A stretch of DNA of 32,145 bases from Acanthaster planci (GCF_001949145.1 NW_019091419.1:490527-522671), one strand, 5' to 3'. Positions 11,003 through 21,978 are shown, numbered from the stretch's first letter. Notes: generated by a model from the letters alone, not told the origin. Numbers and translations are program-made.

Positions 11003-11008
11003 AATAAA
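11003..11008 (+). other. Candidate MDH2 polyadenylation signal AATAAA
   Basis: tgAATAAAcc about 370 nt downstream of the MDH2 stop. A second AATAAA lies at 11748-11753. Confidence 0.3.
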
Positions 11009-12289
11009 CCGTGGCATTTACAACCCTTCCAAATCCTTCCAGAATGTGTGAATTTTGGAATTGCTTTGAGGTTGTGCAAAACAGGTGAAAGATAAATCCA
11101 TTGTGACTGCTCTGTAGACACAAACACAAACACGCTCAGTAGGTATTCTGTATTGATGCATTTTCTTTATGGTCAAATATGCTTCTTCAAACATCATTTT
11201 TATGGAAAAAGGCACATTTTAACCTGAATAGTCAAATCAGTTCTTGAATGGAATGCCAAATTTTATTGCTCAATATTAGCCAAACTGCTGAAAGTGTATC
11301 AATACGGCAGTACATTTCCTTCCCTTGTATAACATACCAAACTTGTTTTTTACGGTGTGATATTACTACAGTTTTAGGATTTGATATTTTAGGAGTGTTC
11401 ATTTGCAAGTATTTATTATCAGACATGAAGCAGCATGTTTTTTGAAGCAGATGATCCAATATTCTATTTTCAAATCTGATAGCACTGTAGAAATGGCCGA
11501 CAGTAATATTGGGAGTGATACAGACAGGAAGTACACAGAAAAAATTACTTTCTGGCAGTGTGTGTGATTTCAATACAGCGTCATTGCATTGATTAAATAC
11601 TTCATGAGTAACCACGATTCTACCAACATAAAGCCTGTTTTTCCTACCTTAAATATTACATATTGCTTTAGAGTTCAGTATGATGTGCTTTCGTTTGTAC
11701 TGATTAGCCATATTGAGATACTGATAATTTATTTGACAATAAAATGACCCAGTTGAAGGCATGTACATCACAAGTTAAAAAAACAAATTATTCGTGATTT
11801 GATATTTTAAATAGAAGCATATTTGAAGCATTTGTTTATCATGTACTGTGCACAGACTATTTCATCAACCACAGTTCTTGCAACGTCCAAATGAACAGGC
11901 TCACAACACACTTGCCCCTGGAAAGTGACTACATACATGTACATGTACATTGTAATTGGCTTCCACAGGCTTCCGTATTATTCCAGTCACAGCCAGAAGC
12001 CTCAGTTTTAGCCACAGAAGCAAAGGTGATTCTATGCTCATGTGCCGGTCATATACACATGTATGCACAAGGTGCATATTTACCAGATTTAAGAATCTGA
12101 CATGCATGTGAGTACCGTACCACTCAGGAATGCAATATAATTGACAGGTTTATAATTGGTCTGTGAAAATGCAACATGATTAGGGAAAATCGTAATCACA
12201 TGTTATACAAACCCTGGCTAATACCCCCCAATTTGTTGAGTTTCATAAGGTTTAAACAGCATCTTTTAATCCCTTTAGTTTTAGTTTGG

Positions 12290-12463
12290 TTAAGGAGATC
12301 CATGTTCCTTTATTTTGCCTTCAATCCACTGCGCATAGTGTGCCACTTTGGTGTATACCCCAGGATTGTTGGCCATGGCGCACCCTCGCCCCCAGCTGGT
12401 GATCCCAACAAGGTGCCAGCGGCCGTCGGACAGCTCACACATCAATGGACCACCTGAATCCCC
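12290..12463 (-). CDS. Mosaic serine protease terminal exon: [57 protein letters not shown]
   Basis: Acceptor ttctttttcag|ggg, phase 0. GDSGGP holds the catalytic Ser, followed by SWG.GCA and GVYT.V. Stop TAA at 12292-12290. Confidence 0.85.
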   Translation of the reverse strand, partial: GDSGGPLMCELSDGRWHLVGITSWGRGCAMANNPGVYTKVAHYAQWIEGKIKEHGSP

Positions 12464-12970
12464 CTGAAAAAGAAACGATCCAAGACACCATAAAAGACAT
12501 TTTCAGTATTTTAAACAGTTTGCTTAGAAACCTCCAGGAAGGTGTCTGAATTTTGAGTTTGTAGCCCTTCTCTCGGTTACATTTATCCATGAGACCTTAA
12601 CCGCAAAAACAAAAGTTTGATTTTTCTGTCAGGCCACTGTGCTTCAGTTCTTAAACAGTTTGATCGTGAATTGTAATGCTTTAAAAGGTACAGTCCTTCA
12701 TTGCAACCATCAAAAAGTGACTGACAAAATCACTGTTGAAAAGCATACTCATGAGACTAAACTCCATTGGAAATTATTCTTGCCATTTTGAAGAAGAAAA
12801 ATAGAAAAAGGCCATATTTGATGACAAGCCTAAAGACACAAGTTTGGAAAATTGCCATTAGCAGTTGATTAATTTTGGATTTCTTTTTTTCTTTGTTTCC
12901 CTACCCGGCTTGTTTATAACATTGTATACTCGGTGTTTGCCCCCTAAGACTCATGAAAACAATCCACAAA

Positions 12971-13018
12971 CGTACTCGGGTGGGACTCGAACCCACGACT
13001 TCCTGCATTAGCAGTACA
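12971..13018 (-). ncRNA. tRNA-like fragment (T-arm plus 3' acceptor) in the serine protease last intron
   Basis: The minus strand reads gtactgctaatgcaggaagtcGTGGGTTCGAGTCCCACccgagtac, a canonical GGTTCGAGTCC T-loop with a 5-bp stem and acceptor-like ends. The D-arm is missing, so it is probably a SINE or tRNA-derived fragment, not a functional tRNA. Confidence 0.35.
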
Positions 13019-13371
13019 TTGTTATTTTGGCAAAGTGCACAAGTGGTTACATGTATTTAATTTGTTGGTTCAGTGCGCAACATCATGTAGCTACAGTTGG
13101 CTGAGTGAGAGCCTTTTTAGGATGCTAAATTCGAGCATCATTGAAAACATGACTCGGTAACTTTGGATTTGAAATCAATGTCCTAGAATGTCATTTTTTC
13201 CCAGAATATACAGTCTTCCCTGAAGTAAAACTTCATCGGGGTAGTTGTTAGGTGCTCTTTACATTTTGAGCACTTTTTTGCCTCAAACAAAACAACAATA
13301 CACAAATGACAAATGACGGATTATACCTATAAAGCCACACCAACGGTGGCAGTCTCAAAATGACTGCTTAC

Positions 13372-13520
13372 TTGACAAGCATCAATTCCGCCAGCCAAAT
13401 AGCCTGCGCATATCATGCTGCTAGCTATTATCCCGTTGTAGACATCCTTGTGGTTACACTGGCTCTGGCGTAGTATTGGCACCCAGGCCTGCTGAAGCTT
13501 CCTGGCTTGCCGCCCTCCCA
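13372..13520 (-). CDS. Serine protease exon: (M)GGRQARKLQQAWVPILRQSQCNHKDVYNGIIASSMICAGYLAGGIDACQ
   Basis: ORF track 13327..13536(-). Acceptor tcatgtacag|tg, phase 1. Donor CAA|gtaagc at the conserved intron before GDSGGP. Asp sits at the S1 position (DACQGDSGGP), which implies trypsin-like Arg/Lys specificity. Confidence 0.8.
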
Positions 13521-14165
13521 CTGTACATGAAATCATGAAAATGAGAACAGGAAGGCAATTTCTGAACTGTTTTGGTTCAAATTAAAAGCATTTTTCAAAA
13601 ATGGTGCAAATTCCTCATGTTGGCATCTTGAAAATCAAACTTTAAGCATATGTCAAGAAGTACACAGAGGAACTACATATTTCATAATACATGTACTTAG
13701 ATCATGATATACACATATACTACGCAAATAGTGCTATAAAATCCTCCCCGAGCTGAAGTGCACCCCCAATCAGCGAAAAGAAAGACAGGTGGTTACAAGC
13801 GAGATCTTGCACGGGTTTTGCATGTATGCAGACACTCAGAGTGGATTAAAAGTCACAGAAGTTATAGCAACTGTTTGACATACAAGTGTCAGTTTCATGA
13901 GGCTTCCACATTCCGTGCATGTACTTAACATTCACGTTTTTCAAATTTTTGCTCCTCTCTGAAACAGTTGCGGCTGCTGATTTTTTAAAATCATTTTGGA
14001 AGTGCATTTGTATTGCAAATCTACAAGTTGCAGGTATGTCATTCGTTAGCCTGAAATGCTCTGAATTGTTTGAGACTTGGTGTATGTGAAGCTAAGTATC
14101 CCACACAGATTTTCAAATCATGATGTACCATTACAACCCTAGTAATAAATCACATCTATTCTTAC

Positions 14166-14431
14166 TTTCCGTCAATCCCCATCCTGTCACAAGGCAGTGG
14201 ATCTTGTTGGACATGTCCAACTCCTTGTCCAGGCAGGCCACGTTGACCTGCTCGCTGTCCAGCGACAGGGATCTGTCCAGGACCAAGACAGCCAGGTCGT
14301 TGCGCATTGTCTTGGTGTTAAAGCCCTTGTGCTTGATGATGTGTTTGATTTTGGCCTCCTGCTCGCCCTTGGACAGGTGGAGGTCAATAGTGTGCTTGCC
14401 GAGGTGGACCCTCCAAGTTGTTACATCATTC
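14166..14431 (-). CDS. Serine protease exon: NDVTTWRVHLGKHTIDLHLSKGEQEAKIKHIIKHKGFNTKTMRNDLAVLVLDRSLSLDSEQVNVACLDKELDMSNKIHCLVTGWGLTE
   Basis: ORF track 14131..14532(-). Acceptor cactttag|g, phase 2. Catalytic Asp in NDLAVLVL. CLVTGWG motif. Donor GAAA|gtaaga. Confidence 0.8.
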
Positions 14432-14620
14432 CTAAAGTGATACAAGGGAAAAAAGACATGGAATGGATTTGGTTTTTGACCTGTGTTTGTAAAATAATTT
14501 GCATTTTTTCCTCTCTTTTCATTCCTTTTCATCTACGTTTCATTCAGTCAGACTTCCAGTAGATTTGTTCAGTTGGTACTCAACTTCCTTACGACCCTAA
14601 CTTTGTTTTCACCACTCAGT

Positions 14621-14665
14621 CTGGTCTTGTATCTGGTCTTGTGTCTGGTCTTGTGTCTGGTCTCG
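14621..14665. repeat. Tandem repeat, ~3.7 copies of the 12-mer ctggtcttgtgt
   Basis: Read directly: ctggtcttgtat ctggtcttgtgt ctggtcttgtgt ctggtctcg. Confidence 0.8.
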
Positions 14666-15101
14666 ACTACAACACTGCACAATGCTTTCCACCATTTTAA
14701 GGGGGCCGCAGGTCATGCCCAGAGAAACAACATTGGATTTTTCTACTGCTTGAATACTGCATTCTTATGTAGAGCCTGTAAGTAAACGGCTGTGGTTAGT
14801 ATGTCTAATTCCTGTGATTGAATCTGGTCATGTGATCAATATACATGCACAACAGAAAGCTCCAAGTACATTGTTAAGGCCAAATGACAGAAACATTATG
14901 CCTTCTACAGTAGAAAATAGCCACCGTGGGTATTACAGAACAATAGCTAGGACAATGCTGCTGCCGTTATTGGAACCTCTAGACTATAGAGCAATACATG
15001 AAAGGATTGGCCCATTGGCTGGCATACTGATCACTGGGTAACACTGATCATACAAACTATTAAGTAACAGAAGAGTGGGCTTGCATTAAATTATTGATCA
15101 C

Positions 15102-15339
15102 ACCAAGAAAGCAAAGTTAGAGCGGACTTGCATTGATTTCATGAAGCAGTGGGCAGCCGAAACGACAATGTTCTCCCTCACCAGCGTCCCGCCACAGATA
15201 GCCACCTGCCTTCCGCTCTTGAACCTGTGGATGAGCTGGGCTTGCCAGGGCCAGGAACCAGCCACTGCCTCGATGCCACCCACAATGCGCTTTTCGAATA
15301 TCTGGAATGATGGCAATCTCCTTGTTCCACATCCTGTGT
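15102..15339 (-). CDS. Serine protease exon: linker plus activation site DTGCGTRRLPSFQIFEKR|IVGGIEAVAGSWPWQAQL...ICGGTLVRENIVVSAAHCFMKSMQVRSNFAFL
   Basis: ORF track 15098..15316(-). Zymogen activation motif KR-IVGG. Catalytic His in SAAHCF. Donor TTGGT|gtgatc, phase 2. The 5' acceptor is ambiguous between cactgtag|ac (15339) and acacag|ga (15333); both keep phase 1. Confidence 0.7.
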
Positions 15340-15907
15340 CTACAGTGCAGGCCAGACGGGGAAAGGTTGAAATGGCAGCAGAAGATAAAGAAGTGTAATA
15401 AACATAGAATCATGTATCGGTCCCCACACCTAAAAGTGAGAACTTTGGTTTCCAAGATTTTTGGTACGTTTGGGAAAGAAATAGGGGTAGTTTCCGTATT
15501 TACGTTTTCTAACTGGACTGAATCTAAATATGAAGGGGTAGAGTTCAATGAAAATCGACTGTAAAAGCTTTGAATACTGCGCTTTCAATACCTTCAGTCC
15601 AGTAACTCTGTCAGCATTGTATCCTCATTGCTATCCCAAAACTTATGAAAAAAATTGCAAGCTACTTGGGTGAAGCTGGATCCCTCCACCGCCTGCTTAC
15701 TGGTGCAAATTTTAAGGGCAAAACCCAGAATTCCATCAATTTGATTGCAGGTTATGAACAAGAGTTGTCTATCACCAACACATAACAGGTACGTGTAATT
15801 GATTGATTGAGAGGTTTTAAAAATGTTAAATTTGTCCATGCCACCTCCAACCGAAGAATCAAGTGCCAACCAGTCTCACATTTGCTAGGTGAACATGCAA
15901 ATCTCAC

Positions 15908-16093
15908 CCTTTTCTTGGATACACTCTTTCAACTGACAGCCCTCGACCTGAACATCTTTCCCAGTGCATGCAGTGCTCAGCTCGTGGCACTCTCGGTAGC
16001 GCTGTCGCTCGCCTGGTCCACAGTCTGTGTTGCAGGCCGACCACTCACTCCATAAACTCCAGCCGTAGATGGGGCTCCAGATGGACTCCACAT
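15908..16093 (-). CDS. Serine protease exon: thrombospondin type-1 repeat (N)VESIWSPIYGWSLWSEWSACNTDCGPGERQRYRECHELSTACTGKDVQVEGCQLKECIQEK
   Basis: ORF track 15885..16091(-). TSP1 signature WS.WS.W..C...CG.G...R.R.C. Acceptor tgtcacag|at. Donor AAGG|gtgaga. Phase 1-1 exon. Confidence 0.8.
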
Positions 16094-16595
16094 CTGTGAC
16101 AGGAATGTAGTCATGTTATGGCTGAGCAGAGTTTGCAGAGAGATATGTGAAGGTGCCTTGAGGTGAAAGAAACTGTTTGCAAGAAATCCTAGAGACACTG
16201 TTATACATCAGAGGGAAATCCAGCTTTGAGAATATGATTTTTATAATTGTGGGGAATTTGTAACTAAAAGCATAGGAATTTCTCAGGGGGAAAAGTGTCT
16301 CTCAAAAGTTTAATTTTTTCACTTGTGTAACTTTACCTTGAGCACAATGTTTTAATTTAGAGCAGAAAGAGTGTTAGTTCCCAACTTGAGTACAAATACA
16401 TTGAAGGAAAGCCCAAGAATCATTTTAAGTCCATATGAATTACACTTGTACATATGCTTAAGTTTTAGGATTGATGTTTACCGTTTACTTTTCTTATTGT
16501 TTGGTTTTTAAATGTGTATACAAACGAGATGTGTTAGTAGTACAAGTGCAATTCAACCTTCGGGTTGCCAAACTGTACTATTTTTTTTAGTGAAT

Positions 16596-16630
16596 AAACC
16601 AATAATAATAATAGTAATAATAATAATTAA
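16596..16630. repeat. Microsatellite (AAT/TAA)n
   Basis: aataataataatagtaataataataat in the intron between the TSP1 and LDLa exons. Confidence 0.8.
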
Positions 16631-16837
16631 AGTTTGTTCCTTGATTATGATTATCTGAAATTATATTCCTGCATGAAAAATCCCAGAGTGCGGAATAGCA
16701 AAGTGGTATTTCAAGCTTTATTCCGCAAGAGAGACAACAATCCAAGCACCTAGCATAACAGATACTTTTCTGGGGCACAAATGGTTCCTGATAGCATTTA
16801 TTGTCAGATCACTACAGAAATAAGCCAGACTTCTAAC

Positions 16838-16957
16838 CACAGTCTGTTTCGTCTGACCCGTCCCCACAATCATTATCATCGTCGCATCGCCAACCCTGGG
16901 GCACACAGAAGTCCTGGTGCTGGCAGGGAAATGCTCCTTTCCAACAGCGGTCCTCAA
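16838..16957 (-). CDS. Serine protease exon: LDL-receptor class A repeat (I)EDRCWKGAFPCQHQDFCVPQGWRCDDDNDCGDGSDETDC
   Basis: Seen only in the minus-strand frame that the ORF track splits. Classic LDLa: six Cys with W.CDG..DC.DGSDE. Acceptor ttggttgacacag|tt. Donor TGTG|gttaga. Phase 1-1. Confidence 0.7.
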
Positions 16958-17652
16958 CTGTGTCAACCAAGAAATATGACCACATGCAAATGTTAAATGT
17001 TGGAGGAAGGTTAGCCTAATGGGGTAGACAAGCAAAGGTCATTTTCAAATCTTTTGGTTTCTTTTTCTTGTGCTCAAGGGGAAGATTCAGGAGGGGGACA
17101 GTGGGTACCACTGTCTCCCAAGAAAGGAGCCTAATGTCTTTTAAAAATAATGACAGAAAGATGATTTGTTTATTTAATTTCCCCTCCTAAAAGCATATAA
17201 GAAGCCCCCAAATGCGGCCTCATTCCTCAGAATTTATAGATTCTTCTTGAGTGCCTTAATATGCACAAATGTTATGCCTGGTCATAAGCTCTCGTTTTTT
17301 CTCCACAACATGCATATTCCTTCTGTTTTTGCACTGATAGCTTGTTACACTTTGCCAGCCACTGGTTCTAACTGCCACACACTAAAAGAAAAATCTATGG
17401 GCCAGCTAAGGCTATATGTGCATACACTCCATCTGAACGCCTACTGACTGTAATATGTTAAATCTCCCAAGAAAATGAAGTTTACCCTAGTTGAAGGACC
17501 TGTTCCCTGTTCACAACTTGAATTTAAAGAGGCATATCTGGATGACACTTTGGCTTTTGAGAAATAAATTTAGCAACCCAAATTCAAAGCTGCATTAGTC
17601 AGTGCCTAGGTCAGGTGGGTACACTGATCATATAGCGTCATTTTTTTCTGAC

Positions 17653-17763
17653 TTGTTCCGCAGATGTCGGCTGTTTCATCTGACCAGTCATAGCAGTCGG
17701 CCATGCTGTCGCACACCCAGGACCATTTGATGCAGTCCTCGCCAGATAAGCAATGAAAACAAG
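17653..17763 (-). CDS. Serine protease exon: LDLa-like repeat (S)CFHCLSGEDCIKWSWVCDSMADCYDWSDETADICGT
   Basis: ORF track 17606..17878(-). Acceptor tttcatcttggttcgtag|ct. Donor ACAA|gtcaga chosen by phase (1-1). Cys1-Cys2 spacing is atypical (CFHC). Confidence 0.6.
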
Positions 17764-18334
17764 CTACGAACCAAGATGAAAAACATAAATAAAAATTGGA
17801 TAGTTTAGGACTTGGGACTGTACAAGAGGTGCACTTTGGTGGGAGGGGTTTGCTATTGCAAGATGGGGGCACAACCAAAAATGACCTTTGCAGCTTGAAA
17901 TGCTTATTACCTTGCAGAAAACTTTTAAGATAAACTTTCTTAAAACAAGTTTATGTCCTTGATTTAAAGGTCCATAGAATAAATTGTCAATGATTAATTT
18001 TGTTTAGATATCTAGTCTTTGGATGGGATGAAAGTATTTGAATACCTATTTATATTTCAGTCTAAAGAGTATTCTTACTTCAAAGCCCACAGTATTTTCT
18101 GATAACTGGTGTGCTTTAATGTGAATATCATTTCTGCACTCACAAAAAGAACACAAACTTTTTTGACTGGGATTGAATACTTATACATTCCTCAATATGA
18201 ACATGTACACTGTGATTTCATTGCTAAAAACAGGGGAAATCAAACAATTGTGAAATGACAACAGAAAAGTTAAAAGGAAAAGTGAACTGCGAATCGTGTG
18301 CCCTCGGCACCACTTCGAAATTTGTCCTACTTAC

Positions 18335-18469
18335 ACCCCAGTCTGTTGCAATTGGCTTGACGCTCGTCTGCCCCATCCACACAGTCCTCGATGCCATCAC
18401 ATATCTCTGCTCTTTCTATGCACTTTGTGCTGTCGTCACAGATCAATGTGAAGCACTCGTCTGTTTGAG
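18335..18469 (-). CDS. Serine protease exon: LDLa repeat (P)QTDECFTLICDDSTKCIERAEICDGIEDCVDGADERQANCNRLG
   Basis: Acceptor ctttatttttaag|ct. The alternative acacag|ac at 18460 is also phase-compatible. Donor GGGT|gtaagt. Six Cys with CDG.EDC.DGADE. Confidence 0.65.
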
Positions 18470-18700
18470 CTTAAAAATAAAGATTTGGACGTTACTCTTG
18501 TAATAGAGTTTGAAAAGCTAACTCAAGACCCCCAGTAGGGAGCTTGGATTGTTGAAAAGACAACAACTAAAAAGCACGCCAACGTGAACACAAAGATGGA
18601 CCAGTGGTTTCATTATCCCAAACTTGTGACACAAAGTACTCAACGCTAGAAAAACGACCAAAATGTTGAGCAAATTAAAAGGGACAAGGGGGAGACTTAC

Positions 18701-18802
18701 GGCAGTTCTCTTTCTTTTCATCCGATCCGTCCAGGCAGTCAGGTTGACCGTCACAGAGCCACAATTCGGACACCTTGGTTTCTCCGTCTTCGCAGGTGAA
18801 TC
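18701..18802 (-). CDS. Serine protease exon: LDLa repeat (G)[33 protein letters not shown]
   Basis: Acceptor ctttgtag|ga. Donor TGCC|gtaagt. W.CDG..DC.DGSDE signature. Phase 1-1. Confidence 0.8.
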
Positions 18803-19164
18803 CTACAAAGTTTGGCGTCATGAAGCAAATGCTAAACTGTACTCAGAGAGTTCAGTAGTCACTTGATATTTCTTAGCGCTGCCTGACTTTTTAAACTACT
18901 TACGAGGATTTCAGCTTAGATTTTTATTCGATGTTTAATGCTGTTTAGAGTTATGATGCGTTCAGTCGGTTGGCTTTTGCGGGCCTGCACGTGCTGTGCG
19001 ATTTGGTACCGGTGTGTCGGCGTTGTGCCGGTTCGTGGCCCATGAGGTGCGCCAACGTTGTGCCGGCTTTTTTGTCGGTGTTATACCACGCAGGTGTGTG
19101 GACAAAATTACCCGAACAGCCGAAGTTCTCCTTATCCACTAACGTTTCACTGGACAATCCTTAC

Positions 19165-19240
19165 GGACCCCTCGAATGGCGGTAAGCAATGTGTTAGTTT
19201 TTGTGCGCTGTCACAATGCTTACCGCCATTAACGGGGACC
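19165..19240. other. Intronic stem-loop: 14-bp perfect stem, one mismatch, 4 bp, then a 3-nt internal loop and a CCCC/GGGG extension; 18-nt loop
   Basis: Left arm cccctcgAATGGCGGTAAGCAaTGTG. Right arm CACAaTGCTTACCGCCATTaacGGGG. Lies in the protease intron between LDLa exons A and B. Confidence 0.5.
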
Positions 19241-19894
19241 ACTGCCAATAAACATTGACGGAGTTACCATGATCACTGAAACTGTCTATTGATGGTTATT
19301 TGAAATCTCCATGATGTGCAGCTTAACCTTCACCATAACTAATCCCCAAAGCCGTGGCTTTCAGTAATGTCCAGACACTGGGACTCTTAGATTATCCTTT
19401 CAAAGGACAGCTTGGAAATCATTTCGTTTCCTGATGTGCATCATCATGCTAGGATAAAAATGAATTTCGGACTGAGAGACTTGTCAGGAAGTATTTTGGG
19501 TGGTCGTCTTTCCATTATCTCTTGACAAAACGCAATGACTTTCAAACCTACATTACTTTGGTTGGTTTTGTGAACTCTATCTAGTATTTTAAATAAATGT
19601 TTTCATTTACTTCAACTTTCTTTCATCAATGAAGGGGTAAATGAAAATATATCTTTGAAATTGGAATAAAGATTTCAAGTGTCACAGAAAGGTGCAATAG
19701 CCCGAGCTTAAGCTTTACGATGGAAGCCGGACTGTGGGCTGAATTTAACGCCAGAAAGATTTGCGAGGGGAGGTGAGATCGAGGCGAGGGGTGGTGGTAA
19801 TAAAATCCCAGTTGGTGAAAGAATTGTAGCAGTCATTATCAAGTACAATGATCGTACTCATCTTTAGATTGTGTGGACTGTTTGATTTGGCTAC

Positions 19895-20029
19895 CTGTGT
19901 ATTGGCAATCGTCACCCTCATCGCTCCTGTCGTTGCAGTCGTAATACCAGTCGCATTCCAAGTCGGCGTCGATGCACATACCGTCGTCACAAGCGAACTC
20001 ACCTGCCCCGCAACGCTTGTTACCTTTGT
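19895..20029 (-). CDS. Serine protease exon: LDLa repeat (D)KGNKRCGAGEFACDDGMCIDADLECDWYYDCNDRSDEGDDCQYT
   Basis: ORF track 19839..20090(-). Acceptor tttttcgcag|ac. Donor ACAG|gtagcc. Phase 1-1. Confidence 0.8.
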
Positions 20030-20701
20030 CTGCGAAAAATGAGGAAAACGGGTCTTCCTGCTGAAATTCTGAGTGTTGACATGCAGACATTTTTTATGTA
20101 TTACATTCCAGTGTTTGAAGTATACGTTGGCTGGTATAAGCAAGTGGATAAGTAGCTTAGATCGTAATTAACAGGTTGGGAGCGGTGACAAAATTAGCAA
20201 TGGCCATTGTCAAAAAAATAATTTGAACAATCCAGGACAAAGGTACATTTATATCCGAAGTAATACTGATAAAAAGTGGGATGTAAGAATATCTTGGCAC
20301 GAACGGTGTGGGATGACCTTTAAACGACATGCAAGCAAGTTTGTCTCGAGCCAAGGGGGCTCATCAGACCGGCGTTTATCTCCAGCTTCACTGGCATAGA
20401 ACTACTAACTTAAAAGTCCGAATGAGATGGCAGTCCATCACACGTTGTCCCTAAGCTACTTCCAGTGCCTAGGAGTGAAGTGACTTCCGCCCCCAGGTCA
20501 CAACACGTAGCCAGCAGCTGAATTGGAACCCCCTACCCTCTGATAATGAGTCACAAACAACTACATCCCTCTGGGATATGCACCCTTGGCGGTGACTCTC
20601 TCCCTCCAAAGTAGCCTTCACATTGTTGGCCAGGCAGGCCCACACCCTCTCTGCTGCACATAGTTCATCATCGCTTTGAACAAACATTTCACTGTACCTA
20701 C

Positions 20702-20819
20702 CTTTTACGATCGACACAGGACTGGCGTTTGCCAGTATCCCGAGACGTAAAAGTAAGATCGTTGAGACAAGAGCATGGCGCAGAGTAAGTTGAGTGTACT
20801 TTGAACCACAGTCAGCCAT
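20702..20819 (-). CDS. Serine protease exon 1: signal peptide MADCGSKYTQLTLRHALVSTILLLRLGILANASPVSIVK
   Basis: ORF track 20469..20876(-). ATG at 20819 has Kozak gtgATGg; the upstream in-frame ATG at 20876 has a poor context. Hydrophobic h-region with an ANA|SP cleavage-like site. Donor AAAG|gtaggt. The 11 exons total 1734 nt (577 aa) with all phases closing. Confidence 0.7.
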
Positions 20820-21978
20820 CACTTTGTTAGGACAGAGGCAAAGGTTGAGGGGTAGGTTGCTTTGTGAAATGCACATGAAACCATGGCTGACCCATTCTTT
20901 TCAAATCATTCTTGCTGAGTTGCAGCGCATGAATTGTTACACTCGATGAGGAATTCGGGATATGTGCCGGCTCCCATTCATTGATCGATCTGCTCCTCGA
21001 GCTCAGAAGTTCTATGGAAGACGGGTGTAAAATTCCACCTCACCACTCATTCTTAAATCTTTGAGACAGTGTATTTCCCTCTTTTTCTAAAGAATACCTT
21101 TCCTCGTTTAATACAAATGGCCTAGGGACCTCCTTTGATGCTATTAAGTTGCGTGATCATTAGGCGCACAATTTTTTAATCTTGGTAATGTTACAAGTAG
21201 GTTTATCGTGAATGTTTTAATTGATCAAGTAATCGACGTGCGCTATTTCGGTTCGGCAAACAAAAATCATCTGCCCAAACGTCTTGCGATGCAAAAGAAT
21301 GTTCCTGCATCTCCTACGACATTTGTGGAGGATGTATATTTTCTAATTGAATTTCTCTTCCCAGTAGCTCATTGTGTTTGACACACAGTAATTATGTAGG
21401 CCCATGGTGTGGAATGGCAAAACGTGTATTAATGTATCATTATTACCTTGGCTGATTTAAAACGTAAATGGCAGGGAACAACACTGCTCTTTGCACGGTG
21501 CCCGGGCAAATCGTGTCTTAGTATATTTATACTATAATTACATCATTGTGTTGTTATTTGGTATCAAATTGACAAACAGTTCGAGTAGAAACATATCAGA
21601 TATGCCTTAGTTGTTTTCTGTGGAGTGTATGGATTGTATATATACACGTGCCTTTTGCTCTGCATTACTCCAAAAAGTGTGCGCTAACACTGTCGGACCC
21701 TACTCGATTGCATTTCCCTTTCAGGTCACAGTTGGGACTTGGCAGCTCAAAGTTCACTTCTACCAACAAACTGTGAACGTCCTGGCACTGCTATCATGTT
21801 ATCATCTGTTATGAAATATGCAATCAAGACACCACTAGCTATCATCACATGCACAATATACGTCTGCCCATTTAAAACCTAATCGTAAACCCAGTCGCAA
21901 ATCACATAAACTGAACACCCCTTTTGGACTCTGTGACTATATTCAAAAGATCTGATAAACCAAACTTCATTTTGGAAG

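Noticed and set aside
14187-14562. Plus-strand 121-aa and minus-strand 66-aa ORFs overlapping protease exon 14166-14431
   Set aside because: These are alternate or antisense frames of a real exon. Only the frame giving NDVTTWRVHLGKH...CLVTGWG makes a protease domain and splices in phase.
15594-15869. 91-aa minus ORF between the TSP1 exon and the activation-site exon; considered as an extra protease exon
   Set aside because: No domain signature and no phase 1-1 splice pair was found. The TSP1 exon joins the next exon directly in phase.
16718-17035. 105-aa minus ORF in the track frame; alternative acceptor tag|gctaacc for the LDLa exon
   Set aside because: The track frame lacks the six-Cys pattern. 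The true LDLa frame is the one split by a stop. The alternative acceptor gives phase 0, which is incompatible with the flanking phase-1 exons.
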